DNA of 64,000 nt from an uncultured Trueperaceae bacterium (lineage in GTDB: Bacteria > Deinococcota > Deinococci > Deinococcales > Trueperaceae). The notes under the pieces were generated by a model, which ran no database searches, was not told the DNA's origin, and worked only from the letters and a program-made list of their open reading frames with translations. The position numbers were made by a program, and so were the translations under genes. The DNA lies in contig CAWFFU010000008.1 of NCBI GenBank assembly GCA_963815215.1, positions 96,001 through 160,000 on the forward strand, in the 5' to 3' direction. Positions 1-10,526 of this stretch are shown here, piece by piece; positions within the stretch are counted from its first letter, which is position 1; every line of letters starts with the position of its first letter.

Positions 1-1
1 G

Positions 2-148
2 CCGAGCCTGACGCCCACGCAGCTGCGTCAGACGCTCGACAACACGGCGCTGTTCGAAGGGGGCATGACGACCGACGAGTACGGCCACGGCATCGTCTGC
101 GCCGACCTGGCGCTGGACCCGCTCAGCGTCACCCAGTGCGGGCAGTAG
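2..148 (+). CDS. 3' end of an S8/subtilisin-like serine peptidase (partial, runs off the window start)
   Basis: Frame 2 reads PSLTPTQLRQTLDNTA...EYGHGIV...*. This matches the subtilase C-terminal pattern PxLTPxQxRxxLxxTA...YGxG. Stop TAG is at 146-148. Confidence 0.7.
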   Translation, partial: PSLTPTQLRQTLDNTALFEGGMTTDEYGHGIVCADLALDPLSVTQCGQ

Positions 149-179
149 CCTGGTGACCGAGGACGGGCGCAGGTAGGAC

Positions 180-2165
180 TCAGTTCTTCGCGCCCCACAG
201 GGTGCTGACTCCACCCTTCTCCACCAGGCCCGCGATGTCGCCCCCCGGCATGGGCGGAGCGAAGAAGAAGCCCTGCGCCCGGTGGCAACCGAGCGCCAGC
301 AGCCGATCGAACTGGGCACGGGTCTCGACACCCTCGGCCACGATCACCAGGTCGAGGTGACGGGCCAGTCCCAGGATCGCCTCCATCATGGCGAGGCCGA
401 AGCGCGGCACCTCCTCGGCGGAACCCAGGTCCTGCACCACTTCGCGGGCGATCTTCACGGCGTCGACCGGTAGGTCGCGCAGGTAGGCGAGCGAGGAGAA
501 GCCCCGGCCGAAGTCGTCGATGGCGATGCCGACCCCCAGACCGCGCAGACCGCGCAGGGTGCCCTGCACGTCCTCGACCGGGCCGCGCACGATGCTCTCG
601 CCCAGGTCGAGCTCGAGCGCATCGGCCGGCAGGCCGGACTGCTGCAGCGCCTTCACCACCGAGCCGAAGAAGGACGGCTGGGCGAGCTGCAACGCGGAGA
701 CGTTCACGCTGACGCGCAGGCCCGGCGCCGTCGTGCGCCAGCTCCCGAGCTGACGACAACCCTCTTCCAGGGCCCAGCCGCCGAGCGCGACGATCGCGCC
801 GCTCTCCTCGGCCAGCGGGAGGAACTCCTTCGGTGACACCATCCCGTAGCGTGGGTGATTCCAGCGCAGCAGCGCCTCGAGTTGTCGCAAGCTGCCGTCG
901 CGCATGTCGAAGACCGGCTGGAAGGCCAGCGAGATCTGCCCCGCGCGCAACGCGCCTCGCAGGTCGCGCTCGAGCTCGCCCCTTCGCTCCATGCTGGCGT
1001 CGATCTCGGGGGTGTAGTACTTCAGGCCGTTCTTGCCCGAGCGCTTGACGCGATACATGGCGCTGTCGGCGTGGCGCAGGAGGGTGCGGGCATCGTTACC
1101 GTCCTCGGGGAGGAAGGCCACCCCGATGCTCACCGTCAGGCCGAGTTGCGAGCCGTTGAAGCTGAACGAGCTCGACAGCGCCGCGAAGATGCGATTGGCG
1201 ATCTCGACCGCCTCGGAACGGTGACCCAGGCCGCATGCGACCACCACGAACTCGTCGCCCGACATGCGGGCCACCAGATCGCCCTCGCGTATGGCGCTCA
1301 GGAGCCGTTCCGCCACCAGCTTCAAGAGCGCGTCGCCGGCCTCGTGCCCCAGGGTGTCGTTGATCACCTTGAAGCCGTCCAGGTCGAGGAACAGCACAGC
1401 CGCGCGGGCCTCATCGGCGGAATCGATCAGGGCTTCCAGGTCGGTCTCGAGCGCGCGACGGTTGGGCAGTCCCGTCAGCAGGTCCTGACGGGCGAAGCGT
1501 TCGGCGAGCTGTCGCTCTGTGCTGGCCCTGGCATAGGCCTCCTTGAGACCGATCAGCGCGAAGGTCAACGCCAGCTGCACGCTGTTGGCCAGGTTCATCT
1601 CGGTCAGGGCGTAGACCATCCCCCAGTGCGCGCCGCGAAGTGCGGGGTTGAGCCCGTACACCGCCGACATGACGAACACGGCCCCAGTGAACAGCGTCGC
1701 CAGGATGCGGCCGCCGCGACCGTCCGGAAGCAGGAAGGACAAGAGGTACACCGCCGGGATCCAGAAGAAGCTCTCGGTCAACTCCCATCGCGGATCGAGG
1801 CCGGCGGGTAGCGCGAACAGCAGCAGCGCGAGCTTGGCGACGAAGAACGCGCCCGTGCCTGCCACAGCGGTCGTCACCGCCCACCGCAGCGTCGCCGGCC
1901 AGAACAGCACCAGCAGCTCCAGCACCGCCATGCCCGCCGCCATGACGGGATAGCTCACCGTATCGAAGGCAGTCGGCTGCCCTCCCGGACCTTCGAAGAG
2001 CATGCCCAGGACCAGCGCCAGTATCCCGAACGGCATGACCACCAGGAAGACGCGTCGCCATAGCACGAGGAACGCCTCGACCGTGGACCCCGGGCCGACG
2101 GCCCCGACACCCCCGCCCCTGCCCAGCAGCAGGTGCGCCATCGGTAGGTTGCCGGACTCGTTCAT
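180..2165 (-). CDS. Membrane-anchored GGDEF-EAL c-di-GMP signalling protein
   Basis: About 6 hydrophobic N-terminal segments, then DLLTGLPNR, FLDLDGFKVINDTLGH and SGDEF, then EALLRW, DDFGRGFSSL and AEGVET. Start moved to ATG 2165, which has TACCTT 6 nt upstream. Confidence 0.9.
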   Translation of the reverse strand: MNESGNLPMAHLLLGRGGGVGAVGPGSTVEAFLVLWRRVFLVVMPFGILALVLGMLFEGPGGQPTAFDTVSYPVMAAGMAVLELLVLFWPATLRWAVTTAVAGTGAFFVAKLALLLFALPAGLDPRWELTESFFWIPAVYLLSFLLPDGRGGRILATLFTGAVFVMSAVYGLNPALRGAHWGMVYALTEMNLANSVQLALTFALIGLKEAYARASTERQLAERFARQDLLTGLPNRRALETDLEALIDSADEARAAVLFLDLDGFKVINDTLGHEAGDALLKLVAERLLSAIREGDLVARMSGDEFVVVACGLGHRSEAVEIANRIFAALSSSFSFNGSQLGLTVSIGVAFLPEDGNDARTLLRHADSAMYRVKRSGKNGLKYYTPEIDASMERRGELERDLRGALRAGQISLAFQPVFDMRDGSLRQLEALLRWNHPRYGMVSPKEFLPLAEESGAIVALGGWALEEGCRQLGSWRTTAPGLRVSVNVSALQLAQPSFFGSVVKALQQSGLPADALELDLGESIVRGPVEDVQGTLRGLRGLGVGIAIDDFGRGFSSLAYLRDLPVDAVKIAREVVQDLGSAEEVPRFGLAMMEAILGLARHLDLVIVAEGVETRAQFDRLLALGCHRAQGFFFAPPMPGGDIAGLVEKGGVSTLWGAKN

Positions 2166-2267
2166 GCAACGAAGGTACGAGAACGGCACTAACTCAAGAC
2201 TTACTCCTCAGTCACGAGGTTCTTACGCGTTCCCCCAGCTGTCCGGCGGGCGCCGCCCCACCGCCGT

Positions 2268-3839
2268 TCAGTGCAGCGCACCGGCGCTGGTGACGACGGC
2301 CATGACCAGCGCCAACCCCATCAACGCCACGCCGAGCGCGCCCGCCGCGCGCCCGATGCGACGGTCGGCCGGCAGCCCCTGCCGGATGAAGCCCCACAGC
2401 AGCCCGCCAACCACCCCGCCGGCATGGCCCCACAACGATACGTTGGGAACGGCCACCGAGAACAACGCGATCAGCACCATCCACTGCACCAGTCCGCGCA
2501 GCAGCATTCGGTCGCTCGGCAGTGGCGAGCGCAGCACGTCCGCCAGCAGCGCGCCGGCGATGCCAAGGATGCCCCCCGACGCGCCCACCAGCACCAGCGC
2601 TTGGTGCGCCTGGGCGAGGCTCGTGAGGTAGGCCCCGGTGGCCGTACCCATCACGAAGGCGGCCAGAAGATTGCCCCAACCGCGTCGGGCCTCGTAGATG
2701 CGCCCCAGATCGACCAGCACCCACACGTTGAAGCCGATGTGCACCAGGTTCGCGTGGAGGAAGGCGTAGGTGAGCAGCCGCCACCAGGCATGCTCGCCGG
2801 GCACGCCCGGGATGTTGAGCAGGAACGCGGCGGTGAAGGAGCTGAGGTGAAGGGTCTGACCACCGACCCGGACGGCGCCGATCAGCCGGTCGACCAGGTT
2901 CTCGGCGGCGTACGCCAGCACCAGCGCCCCCGCCAGCGACAGGGTCGCGACCGGCACGCCCGAGCGCCGGGTCAGCGGCGGCGGATCGCTGCCCAGAGCG
3001 CGTAGCTTCTCGGCGTAACGCTCGGTCAGTCCCTGCGGCGCCGCCTCATAGGCGTGCGTGTACAGGGTCACGGCCACGTCACGCTGGTGGCTTCGCTCCG
3101 CGGCGCGGCCCAGGATGGCGTAGAGCGTCGAGGGATGAACGCCGACGAGTGGCTGTTGCAGGTCCTCCCGCACCTTCTCGAAGGCGCCGTCCTCGGCGTC
3201 GCAGCGGGCCTCGCTGACCACCAGGCTGCGGAAGCCGATGGGACCGCGCGGTCCCGACTCCCAACGGCGGCGCATCTGCCCGACCTCGCTTCGCGCTTGC
3301 CCGACGTGGCCGAGCGCCAGCAATGCCTGGATGCGGGCGGACGTCGCCAGGAAGGCGTTGTCGCCCTCTCGAGGCAGCGCCTCGAGACGCAGGATGGCAT
3401 CCCAGTCCTCTTGGAGCACGTACGCCTGGAGCAGCAACAGGCTGTCGTGGGTCGGCGCCAGCCGCAGCGCGGCGTCGGCGTCACCCCGTTGCAGGGCCGC
3501 CTGCGCCAGCAAACGCCGCACGGCGCCCCGGCCCTCGGTGGTCCAGTACAGCGCATCCACGATGACGCCCGCGGCGCGGTAGCGGCGATTGCGCGCCAGC
3601 GCCACCAGCAGCAACGGTCCGAAAACGTACACCGGCCCGACCACCAGCGCGATGTCACGCAACAGCGTGGACACGTTCAGGTGGGTGAAGCCCGCCGCCG
3701 CCACCATGCCCGCGAGCGCCGTAGCGATCAGCGTCTTGGCCGGGAACTCGCTCCACAGGGGCGCCAACCGCGCCGCCCAGCGAACGGCGTAGACCCCGGC
3801 GATGGCGACTAGCAGCAGGAAGAGGGTGCTCTCGGTCAC
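2268..3839 (-). CDS. Rhomboid intramembrane serine protease with N-terminal TM segments and a helical/TPR-like region
   Basis: WWRLLTYAFLH, HIGFN, catalytic GASG and GHAGG are all present. GTG 3839 has TAGGGT 7 nt upstream. Confidence 0.85.
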   Translation of the reverse strand: MTESTLFLLLVAIAGVYAVRWAARLAPLWSEFPAKTLIATALAGMVAAAGFTHLNVSTLLRDIALVVGPVYVFGPLLLVALARNRRYRAAGVIVDALYWTTEGRGAVRRLLAQAALQRGDADAALRLAPTHDSLLLLQAYVLQEDWDAILRLEALPREGDNAFLATSARIQALLALGHVGQARSEVGQMRRRWESGPRGPIGFRSLVVSEARCDAEDGAFEKVREDLQQPLVGVHPSTLYAILGRAAERSHQRDVAVTLYTHAYEAAPQGLTERYAEKLRALGSDPPPLTRRSGVPVATLSLAGALVLAYAAENLVDRLIGAVRVGGQTLHLSSFTAAFLLNIPGVPGEHAWWRLLTYAFLHANLVHIGFNVWVLVDLGRIYEARRGWGNLLAAFVMGTATGAYLTSLAQAHQALVLVGASGGILGIAGALLADVLRSPLPSDRMLLRGLVQWMVLIALFSVAVPNVSLWGHAGGVVGGLLWGFIRQGLPADRRIGRAAGALGVALMGLALVMAVVTSAGALH

Positions 3840-4021
3840 GTCGCCTACCCTACCCCGGCGGCCGCGGTTCGCCGGCCTTACGAAGAGGTTCTTGGGAACC
3901 GTCCGCGCCTCCCGGGGGACGGTAGAATCGGAGACGTCATCCGCAGCGGCACGTCCACGCCGCTCCGCTGCGTCCCCCACGACGAAGCCGCGCCAGGCGC
4001 GCGCCCCTTCGGAGGCAAGCC

Positions 4022-4642
4022 TTGCTGGACCTCGCGCTCTCGGCCGTATTCATGGTGATCGGGTACCTGCTCGGTACGATCCCCACGGGCTACCTGGTGG
4101 CCAAGGCGCGGGGTGTGGACATCCAGTCCTCCGGCTCGGGCAACATCGGCGCGACCAACGTGATGCGCACTCTCGGCGTACTCCCGGGCATCGTCGTGGT
4201 GCTCGTCGATCCCCTCAAGGGGGCGGCCGCCGTGCTGCTCCCCACACTGCTCGGTGCCAGCAACTGGGCCATCGCGCTGACGGCACTGGCAACCGTTCTG
4301 GGGAACAACTTCAACATCATGCTGCGCCTACGTGGCGGCAAGGGCATCGCCACCACCGTGGGCGTATTCTTCGTCATCAACCCGCTGGTGTCCGCGCTGT
4401 GCGTGCTGCTCGGGGTCTTCACCATCCTGTTGAGCCGCTACGTCTCGCTCGGTTCGATGGTCGCCCTCTTCGCCGCCCCGTTGATGCTCATCGCCAGCCT
4501 GTCCTACCCCATGCCCGACCTCTACCTTGCGTTCGCCCTCGCCGCGCTGGCCATCGTGCGCCATCGAGACAATATCCGCCGTTTGATCGCCGGCACCGAG
4601 CGCCGCCTCGGCGAGCGCGCGCACGTGAAGCCGAAAGAGTGA
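4022..4642 (+). CDS. plsY: Glycerol-3-phosphate acyltransferase PlsY
   Basis: GYLLGTIP, GSGNIGATN, DPLKG, GGKGIAT and RHRDNIRRL motifs. TTG start with GGAGG upstream. Confidence 0.95.
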   Translation: MLDLALSAVFMVIGYLLGTIPTGYLVAKARGVDIQSSGSGNIGATNVMRTLGVLPGIVVVLVDPLKGAAAVLLPTLLGASNWAIALTALATVLGNNFNIMLRLRGGKGIATTVGVFFVINPLVSALCVLLGVFTILLSRYVSLGSMVALFAAPLMLIASLSYPMPDLYLAFALAALAIVRHRDNIRRLIAGTERRLGERAHVKPKE

Positions 4643-5319
4643 GCGCGCTCGACCTGCTGGTCATCGGCCCTCACCCGGACGACGCCGAGCTGGGCCTGGG
4701 CGGGACCCTCGCCCGCGCCTCCGACCTCGGGTTTCGAACGGGCGTGCTCGACCTGTCACGCGGCGAGGCCGCCACCAAGGGAACACCGGAGGACCGGGCA
4801 TCCGAGGCGGACGCTGCCGCGCGCGTGCTGGGGCTGTCGGTCCGGCGCAATCTGGGCTGGCCGGACTCCCGGCTGCGCGACGACGAGGAGCGGAGGTTGC
4901 ATCTGGCGCGCGAGTTGCGCGAGCTCCGGCCACGGGTCGTCATGGCTCCGCACGCCAACGACCGCCACCCCGACCACGTGGCCGCTGCGGCCATCGTGCC
5001 GGCCGCGGTGCATCTGGCGGGCCTGCGCAGCAGTCCGCTCCCAGGGGAGCCCTGGAAACCTCAGCGCCTGCTCTCCTACATGGGGAACGGCCCCTTCGAA
5101 GCCACACTCGTCGTCGATACCAGTGACTACATCGACATCTGGGAGGAAGCGGTCCGCTGCTACCGCAGCCAGTTCACCGGTGACGCGGCCTCGGAGACGG
5201 TGACACCCGACATCTTCCGCACGCGTCGGGGGCGTGCCGCCTACTGGGGAACGTTCATCGGAGCGCGTTTCGGCGAGCCGCTGTGGACGCCGAGCCCCGT
5301 GGCCTACTGGCCGTTCTGA
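4639..5319 (+). CDS. bshB1: PIG-L family deacetylase, bacillithiol biosynthesis BshB1-like
   Basis: PHPDDAELGLGGT, DLSRGE and DRHPDH. GTGA overlap with the plsY stop. Confidence 0.8.
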   Translation: MSALDLLVIGPHPDDAELGLGGTLARASDLGFRTGVLDLSRGEAATKGTPEDRASEADAAARVLGLSVRRNLGWPDSRLRDDEERRLHLARELRELRPRVVMAPHANDRHPDHVAAAAIVPAAVHLAGLRSSPLPGEPWKPQRLLSYMGNGPFEATLVVDTSDYIDIWEEAVRCYRSQFTGDAASETVTPDIFRTRRGRAAYWGTFIGARFGEPLWTPSPVAYWPF

Positions 5320-5359
5320 GGCGCCGGGGCGGCCGACCGGCGCTACACGGCCCGCCGCT

Positions 5360-6253
5360 TCAGCCGCGCACCGCCGCGGCGTGTCGTGCAGCGCGCTGCT
5401 TGACCGCGTTCACCAGCACGATGCCGACGATGGCCACGGCGCCGCCGGCGATCGTCAGCGGACTGGGGACCTCGCGCAGCACCAGCCAGGAGAAGAACAG
5501 CGCCGATACCGGCACCAGGTAGAGATAGGTGGTCACGACGGTGACGGGTGCTCGCGAGAGGCCGATGGCGAACAGCGAGTAGGCCAGCGCCGACGGGAAG
5601 ATACCGATGTAGGCGACGGCGGCGAGCGACGCAGGACCTGCCGACGCAACGTCGCCGAAGAAGCCCGGCAGGAACAGAAGCATCGGTGCGGTGCCCGCCC
5701 AGGTCGCGAAGGCGGTGACCTCGACCGCCCGGTAGCGCACGAACATACGGCGCTGCGCGATCGCGAAGAACGAGGTCGACACCGCCGAGAGCAGCACGAA
5801 CAGGGCGTACGGGTTGAAGGTGAGCGCGCCTCCGGCGCCGAGGGAGATGAGGGCCACGCCGGTCAGCGCCAGCAGCGAGCCGAACCACGCCCCCGGCGGC
5901 ATCCGCTCGCTCAGGAACAGGTGGGCCAGCACCGCCGTGATCGCCGGCGCGGTCGCGATGATGAGGCTGCTCGCGCCGGCCGGAACGCGCACCTCGCCGA
6001 TCACCAGAGCGGTCTGATAGATGGTGAAGCCGAGCAGGCCCAGCAGCAAGAAAGCAGGCAGGTCGCGCCGGTCCGGGAAGCGCCGCAACCGTCGCAGCCA
6101 CAGCACCGGCACGAAGCACGCCGACGCCACCAGGTGGCGAGCCAGCGTCAGGTGGAACGGGTTGAGCCCGTCCAACCCCACCTTGATCATCGGGAAGGCC
6201 GACCCCCACAGGGAAACCAACACCAGCATGGCGACCACGACCGCGGGCGTCAT
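5360..6253 (-). CDS. DMT/EamA family transporter
   Basis: About 10 TM segments with LWGSAFPMIK, LSER and YLYLVPV in a two-repeat EamA pattern. Confidence 0.9.
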   Translation of the reverse strand: MTPAVVVAMLVLVSLWGSAFPMIKVGLDGLNPFHLTLARHLVASACFVPVLWLRRLRRFPDRRDLPAFLLLGLLGFTIYQTALVIGEVRVPAGASSLIIATAPAITAVLAHLFLSERMPPGAWFGSLLALTGVALISLGAGGALTFNPYALFVLLSAVSTSFFAIAQRRMFVRYRAVEVTAFATWAGTAPMLLFLPGFFGDVASAGPASLAAVAYIGIFPSALAYSLFAIGLSRAPVTVVTTYLYLVPVSALFFSWLVLREVPSPLTIAGGAVAIVGIVLVNAVKQRAARHAAAVRG

Positions 6254-6292
6254 GGCGCGTACTGTATCAAGCGAAACGGGGTTGCGGCACCT

Positions 6293-7285
6293 TCAGGCGG
6301 GGAGAACCACCGGCCGGCCGCAGGCACAGAGCTCGTCCTCGCGGACCATGCGTGCCTGCCCTTCGCGGTACCACAGAGTGTCGCAGTCCGGGCAGCGGAT
6401 CTCCTCGCCCGTGAGCGAGCGGATGACCTCTGGCTCGATCCAGCGCCGCTCGCCGCACCAGTGGCACACTGCCTCCGCGCCGCCGTCCTCACGGATCATG
6501 GCCTCGCGCTCGGCGGGCGTGAAGTAGGCCAGCGCATCGAGCGCCTTGGCATCGCTGCAACGGCAGGCGAAGGCGAGCGGGAACGGCGGATCGGTGAACA
6601 GCTCGAACCCCATCTGCCAGCACAGCTCTTCGTCCAACAGCTGTCGCAACGGCGCCCTCGCCATGCCGCCCGTCAGCGTGCCGAACGCCTTGACGTTGGC
6701 CTCCAGCAGGTCTAGCGCTGCGTCCTCCACGCCTGGCAGGGCCTGTAGCAGTACGCCGCCGGCGTGCTCGACCGCTCCATCGGCGTCGAACGACACCCCC
6801 AGCAACACGGCCGACGCGATCTGCTCGGAGACGGCCAGGAAGGTTGCGATGTCCTCGGCCACCTCCCCGCTGGCCAGCTCCAGGTTGCTGGCGTACGGGT
6901 CGCCGTAGGGAGCGTGGGAGCGGATCACCTCGATGTCGCCCTCGGCACCGACGGCGCCGCCCACGTCGAGCTTGCCGTCGGGGCGCGGCGGCAGCTCGAC
7001 CGACGGGTCGTGCACGTAGCCGCGCACGGTGCCGTCGAGGCCGGCGTCGGCGATGACGCCGCCGAGGGGCCCGTTGCCCCGCAGACGCAGGGTGACGCGG
7101 TCCTGCGGGTTCTTCAGCAACACGTGGGCCAGCAGCAGTGCTCCGCTCAGCGTTCGGCCCAGCGCTGCGCCGGCGGTCTGGGTGGCGCCGTGCCGCTCGA
7201 TCGCTTCACGAACCAGGTCGGTGGTGTCCGCGGCCACGACGCGGATACCGCCGTTCGCCGCCATGCCTCGAAGCAGGAATGCCAT
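6293..7285 (-). CDS. hslO: Hsp33 redox-regulated chaperone HslO with C-terminal Cys-rich extension
   Basis: AALGRTL, GNGPLGG, GKLDVGGAVG, GEVAEDIA, SEQIAS, AGGVLLQALP and the CRC...CHWC zinc motif. Start re-assigned to ATG 7285. Confidence 0.93.
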   Translation of the reverse strand: MAFLLRGMAANGGIRVVAADTTDLVREAIERHGATQTAGAALGRTLSGALLLAHVLLKNPQDRVTLRLRGNGPLGGVIADAGLDGTVRGYVHDPSVELPPRPDGKLDVGGAVGAEGDIEVIRSHAPYGDPYASNLELASGEVAEDIATFLAVSEQIASAVLLGVSFDADGAVEHAGGVLLQALPGVEDAALDLLEANVKAFGTLTGGMARAPLRQLLDEELCWQMGFELFTDPPFPLAFACRCSDAKALDALAYFTPAEREAMIREDGGAEAVCHWCGERRWIEPEVIRSLTGEEIRCPDCDTLWYREGQARMVREDELCACGRPVVLPA

Positions 7286-7397
7286 GATCGTCCTCTCGCG
7301 CCGCCGGCTTCCGGCAGCGCGCCCACGAGTATACGAGCGCGGGCCGCGCGCCCACGTCGGCCGTGGGGCACCCGGCGCCGTGGCTCGGGAGGGTCGC

Positions 7398-7904
<507 letters not shown>

Positions 7905-8858
7905 CTACTCGCTCCCCTGCAGCGCATCGCGTTGTCGGGGAGCCTCTTCCAACAGCCGCCGCACGATCTCGCGCGGTGTCGTGAGCCCGGCCATGACCGC
8001 CTCGACCGCTTCGTCCTCGCGCGCTCCCAGCGCGCGCCGGAGCTGCTCGCCGATGATCGCCAGGATCTCGAAGCGCACCCGCCGCCGCCGTAGCTCCTCG
8101 AGCCGCCCGGTGTCGGCGAGGTGGGCCCGATGGGCCTCCACCTGATCGAGCACCTCCGCGGCGCCCTCGCCACGGGAGGCGATCACTTCCAGCACCGGCG
8201 GTATCCAGCTCCCCTCCGGGAAGGGGCCGAGCTGCAGCGCGCCGCGGATCTCTCGCTTGAGCCGGTCCCCTCCGGGCAGGTCGAACTTGTTGACACAGAA
8301 GATGTCGGCGATCTCCATGATGCCGGCCTTGAACGTCTGCACCGCGTCCCCGGCGTTCGGCGTCAGCACCAGCACGGTGGTGTCGGCCACCCCCACGATG
8401 TCGACCTCGGACTGGCCCACGCCCACCGTCTCGACCAGCAGGGTGTCGTAGTCGGCGGCGTCGAGAACGGCCAGCACCTGCAGCGTGGCGGCGGCCAGAC
8501 CCCCGAGGTGCCCGCGCGTGGCCATGGATCGGATGAAGACGTCGGGGTCGTCGTGCCACCGGGTCATGCGGATTCGGTCGCCGAGGATGGCGCCCCCGCT
8601 GAAGGGGCTGGTGGGGTCGACGGCCACCACCCCCACGCGGGCGCCGCGCCCGCGGGCGACCTCGATCAGCCGATCGGTGAGGGTGCTCTTGCCGCTTCCG
8701 GGCGCGCCGGTGATGCCGAGGATGCGGGCTCGGCCGGTGCTCGGCCGCACGTCCCGGAGCAGTTCCTCGCCCCGCTCACTGCCCGACTCCACCAGGCTGA
8801 TGGCGCGGGCGAGCGCCCGCTCGTCGCGGCCGCGCAGGCGTTCGATGAGGGCGTCCAC
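7905..8858 (-). CDS. meaB: MeaB/ArgK GTPase (methylmalonyl-CoA mutase-associated)
   Basis: GITGAPGSGKST, VDPTSPFSGGAILGDRIRM, ETVGVGQSE, KAGIMEIAD and NKFD. Confidence 0.93.
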   Translation of the reverse strand: MDALIERLRGRDERALARAISLVESGSERGEELLRDVRPSTGRARILGITGAPGSGKSTLTDRLIEVARGRGARVGVVAVDPTSPFSGGAILGDRIRMTRWHDDPDVFIRSMATRGHLGGLAAATLQVLAVLDAADYDTLLVETVGVGQSEVDIVGVADTTVLVLTPNAGDAVQTFKAGIMEIADIFCVNKFDLPGGDRLKREIRGALQLGPFPEGSWIPPVLEVIASRGEGAAEVLDQVEAHRAHLADTGRLEELRRRRVRFEILAIIGEQLRRALGAREDEAVEAVMAGLTTPREIVRRLLEEAPRQRDALQGSE

Positions 8859-9071
8859 GCGTCGAGCCTACCGCAGCCCGCGCGCCGCCCGCCCGTGTCG
8901 CGGCGCGTCGCAACTCGCGTGGCGCGGGACGTAGAGCCTCGCGAGCGGCAGCCGTTCCTGGCATGATCGGGATGGGGCCTCAGGGTGCGCGGCCCGCAGC
9001 GTCGAGGTTCCGGCGCCGCGCGCCGGCCGATGCGGATCGACGCCGGCCGCGGCCCGAGCGAAGGAGTCGGC

Positions 9072-10526
9072 ATGAGCGAACGGACCGTGACGCTGGGCAT
9101 CGACGTCGGTACGAGTGGCATCAAGGCCGTCGCGGTCGACGACCGAGGTGAGTTGCGCCTCGAGGTCGATCGCGGTTATCCGCTGCTCACCCCCCGGCCG
9201 GGTTGGACCGAGCAGCGGCCCCAGGACTGGTGGGCGGCCGCCTGCGGCGCGCTGACGGAGCTCGTCTCGCGCCTCGACGGCGCCGAGGTGACGGCCGTCG
9301 GGTTGAGCGGGCAGATGCACGGCATGGTGCCTCTGGACGGCGCGGGTGAGGTCATCCGGCCCGCCATCTTGTGGAACGACCAGCGCACCGGCGACGCCGT
9401 GGCCGAGATCGAACGGACCGTCGACCGCGACACCCTCATCCGCCGCGGCGGGAACCCCGCCATCACCGGCTTCCAGCTCGCCAAGGTGGTGTGGCTGCGC
9501 CAGGCCGAGCCCGAGGCTTTCGCGCGGTTGCGCACGGTGCTGTTCCCCAAGGACTACCTCGGCCTGCGCCTGACGGGCCGCGCGGTAGCGGAGCCCAGCG
9601 ACGCCTCCGGCTCCAACGCCTTCGACCTCGCCCGCGGCGTCTGGGACGAGGTTGTGCTGGACGCGCTCGCCATCGACCCCGGGCTCTATCCAGAGGTGGT
9701 CGCTTCGGACGCCGTCGTTGGGCCTCTCACGGCCGAGGCCGCCTCGCAGACGGGCCTCCCGGCAGGCGTGCCGGTGATCGCCGGCGCCGGCGACAACGCC
9801 GCCGCGGCCACCGGCTTGGGCCTCTCCAGCGCCGACCCGGAGCTCGGCAGCGTGTCGCTGGGCACCTCCGGCGTGCTCTTCGCGCCGCTGGCCGAGCCCA
9901 CCCCCGACCCGCACGGGCGCGTGCACCTGTTCGCGCACGCCGACGGCGGCTACTACCTGCTCGGGGTCACGTTGGCCGCGGCCGGCTCGCTGCAGTGGCT
10001 GCGCGACACCCTCTTCCCGGAGCTGACCTTCGATGACCTGTCGGAGCTGGCCGCCACCAGTCCGGCAGGGGCGAACGGGGCGACGTTCCAGCCCTACCTC
10101 GCGGGCGAGCGCACCCCCTACATGGACCCGAACCTGCGGGGCGCCTGGCGCGGCCTGACGTTGGCGACCGGACGGGCCGAGCTGGTGCGGGCCGTGCTCG
10201 AGGGGGTGACGTTCAGTCAGCGCGACTCGCTGGAGGTGATGCGCCCGCTGGCCGGGCTCCGGCGCGTGCTTGCGACCGGTGGCGGGAGCCGCTCGCCGTT
10301 CTGGCTGCAGCTCCTGGCGGACGCGCTCGAGCTGCCGCTGAGCCAGCTCGCCGGCGCGCCCGGCGCCGCCTACGGAGCGGCCCTGCTGGCGCACAGAGGT
10401 TCCGGGCGCGAGGTCGCGCCCCGACTGCGGACGACGGCTTCGTTCGAGCCCACGCCGAACGCGGGGCTGCGCGCAGCTTATGAACGCTACCGGGCGTGGT
10501 CGCCCGGGCCGCTCGCCGACGACTGA
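9072..10526 (+). CDS. xylB: Xylulokinase (FGGY family)
   Basis: [39 protein letters not shown] and TGGGSRS. AAGGAG RBS before ATG 9072. Confidence 0.9.
   Translation: MSERTVTLGIDVGTSGIKAVAVDDRGELRLEVDRGYPLLTPRPGWTEQRPQDWWAAACGALTELVSRLDGAEVTAVGLSGQMHGMVPLDGAGEVIRPAILWNDQRTGDAVAEIERTVDRDTLIRRGGNPAITGFQLAKVVWLRQAEPEAFARLRTVLFPKDYLGLRLTGRAVAEPSDASGSNAFDLARGVWDEVVLDALAIDPGLYPEVVASDAVVGPLTAEAASQTGLPAGVPVIAGAGDNAAAATGLGLSSADPELGSVSLGTSGVLFAPLAEPTPDPHGRVHLFAHADGGYYLLGVTLAAAGSLQWLRDTLFPELTFDDLSELAATSPAGANGATFQPYLAGERTPYMDPNLRGAWRGLTLATGRAELVRAVLEGVTFSQRDSLEVMRPLAGLRRVLATGGGSRSPFWLQLLADALELPLSQLAGAPGAAYGAALLAHRGSGREVAPRLRTTASFEPTPNAGLRAAYERYRAWSPGPLADD

Noticed and set aside
2192..2198. ACTCAAG half-site of an HspR HAIR operator
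   Set aside because: The matching CTTGAGT half-site is absent, and the gene is not a heat-shock gene.
3802..5319. Apparent long or fused ORFs in the track (505-aa bshB1, 487-aa ltaE, 508-aa dehydratase, 612-aa membrane protein, 399-aa hydrolase)
   Set aside because: The N-terminal parts are read-through of neighbouring genes in other frames. True starts are supported by an RBS, a -10 or a stop/start overlap.
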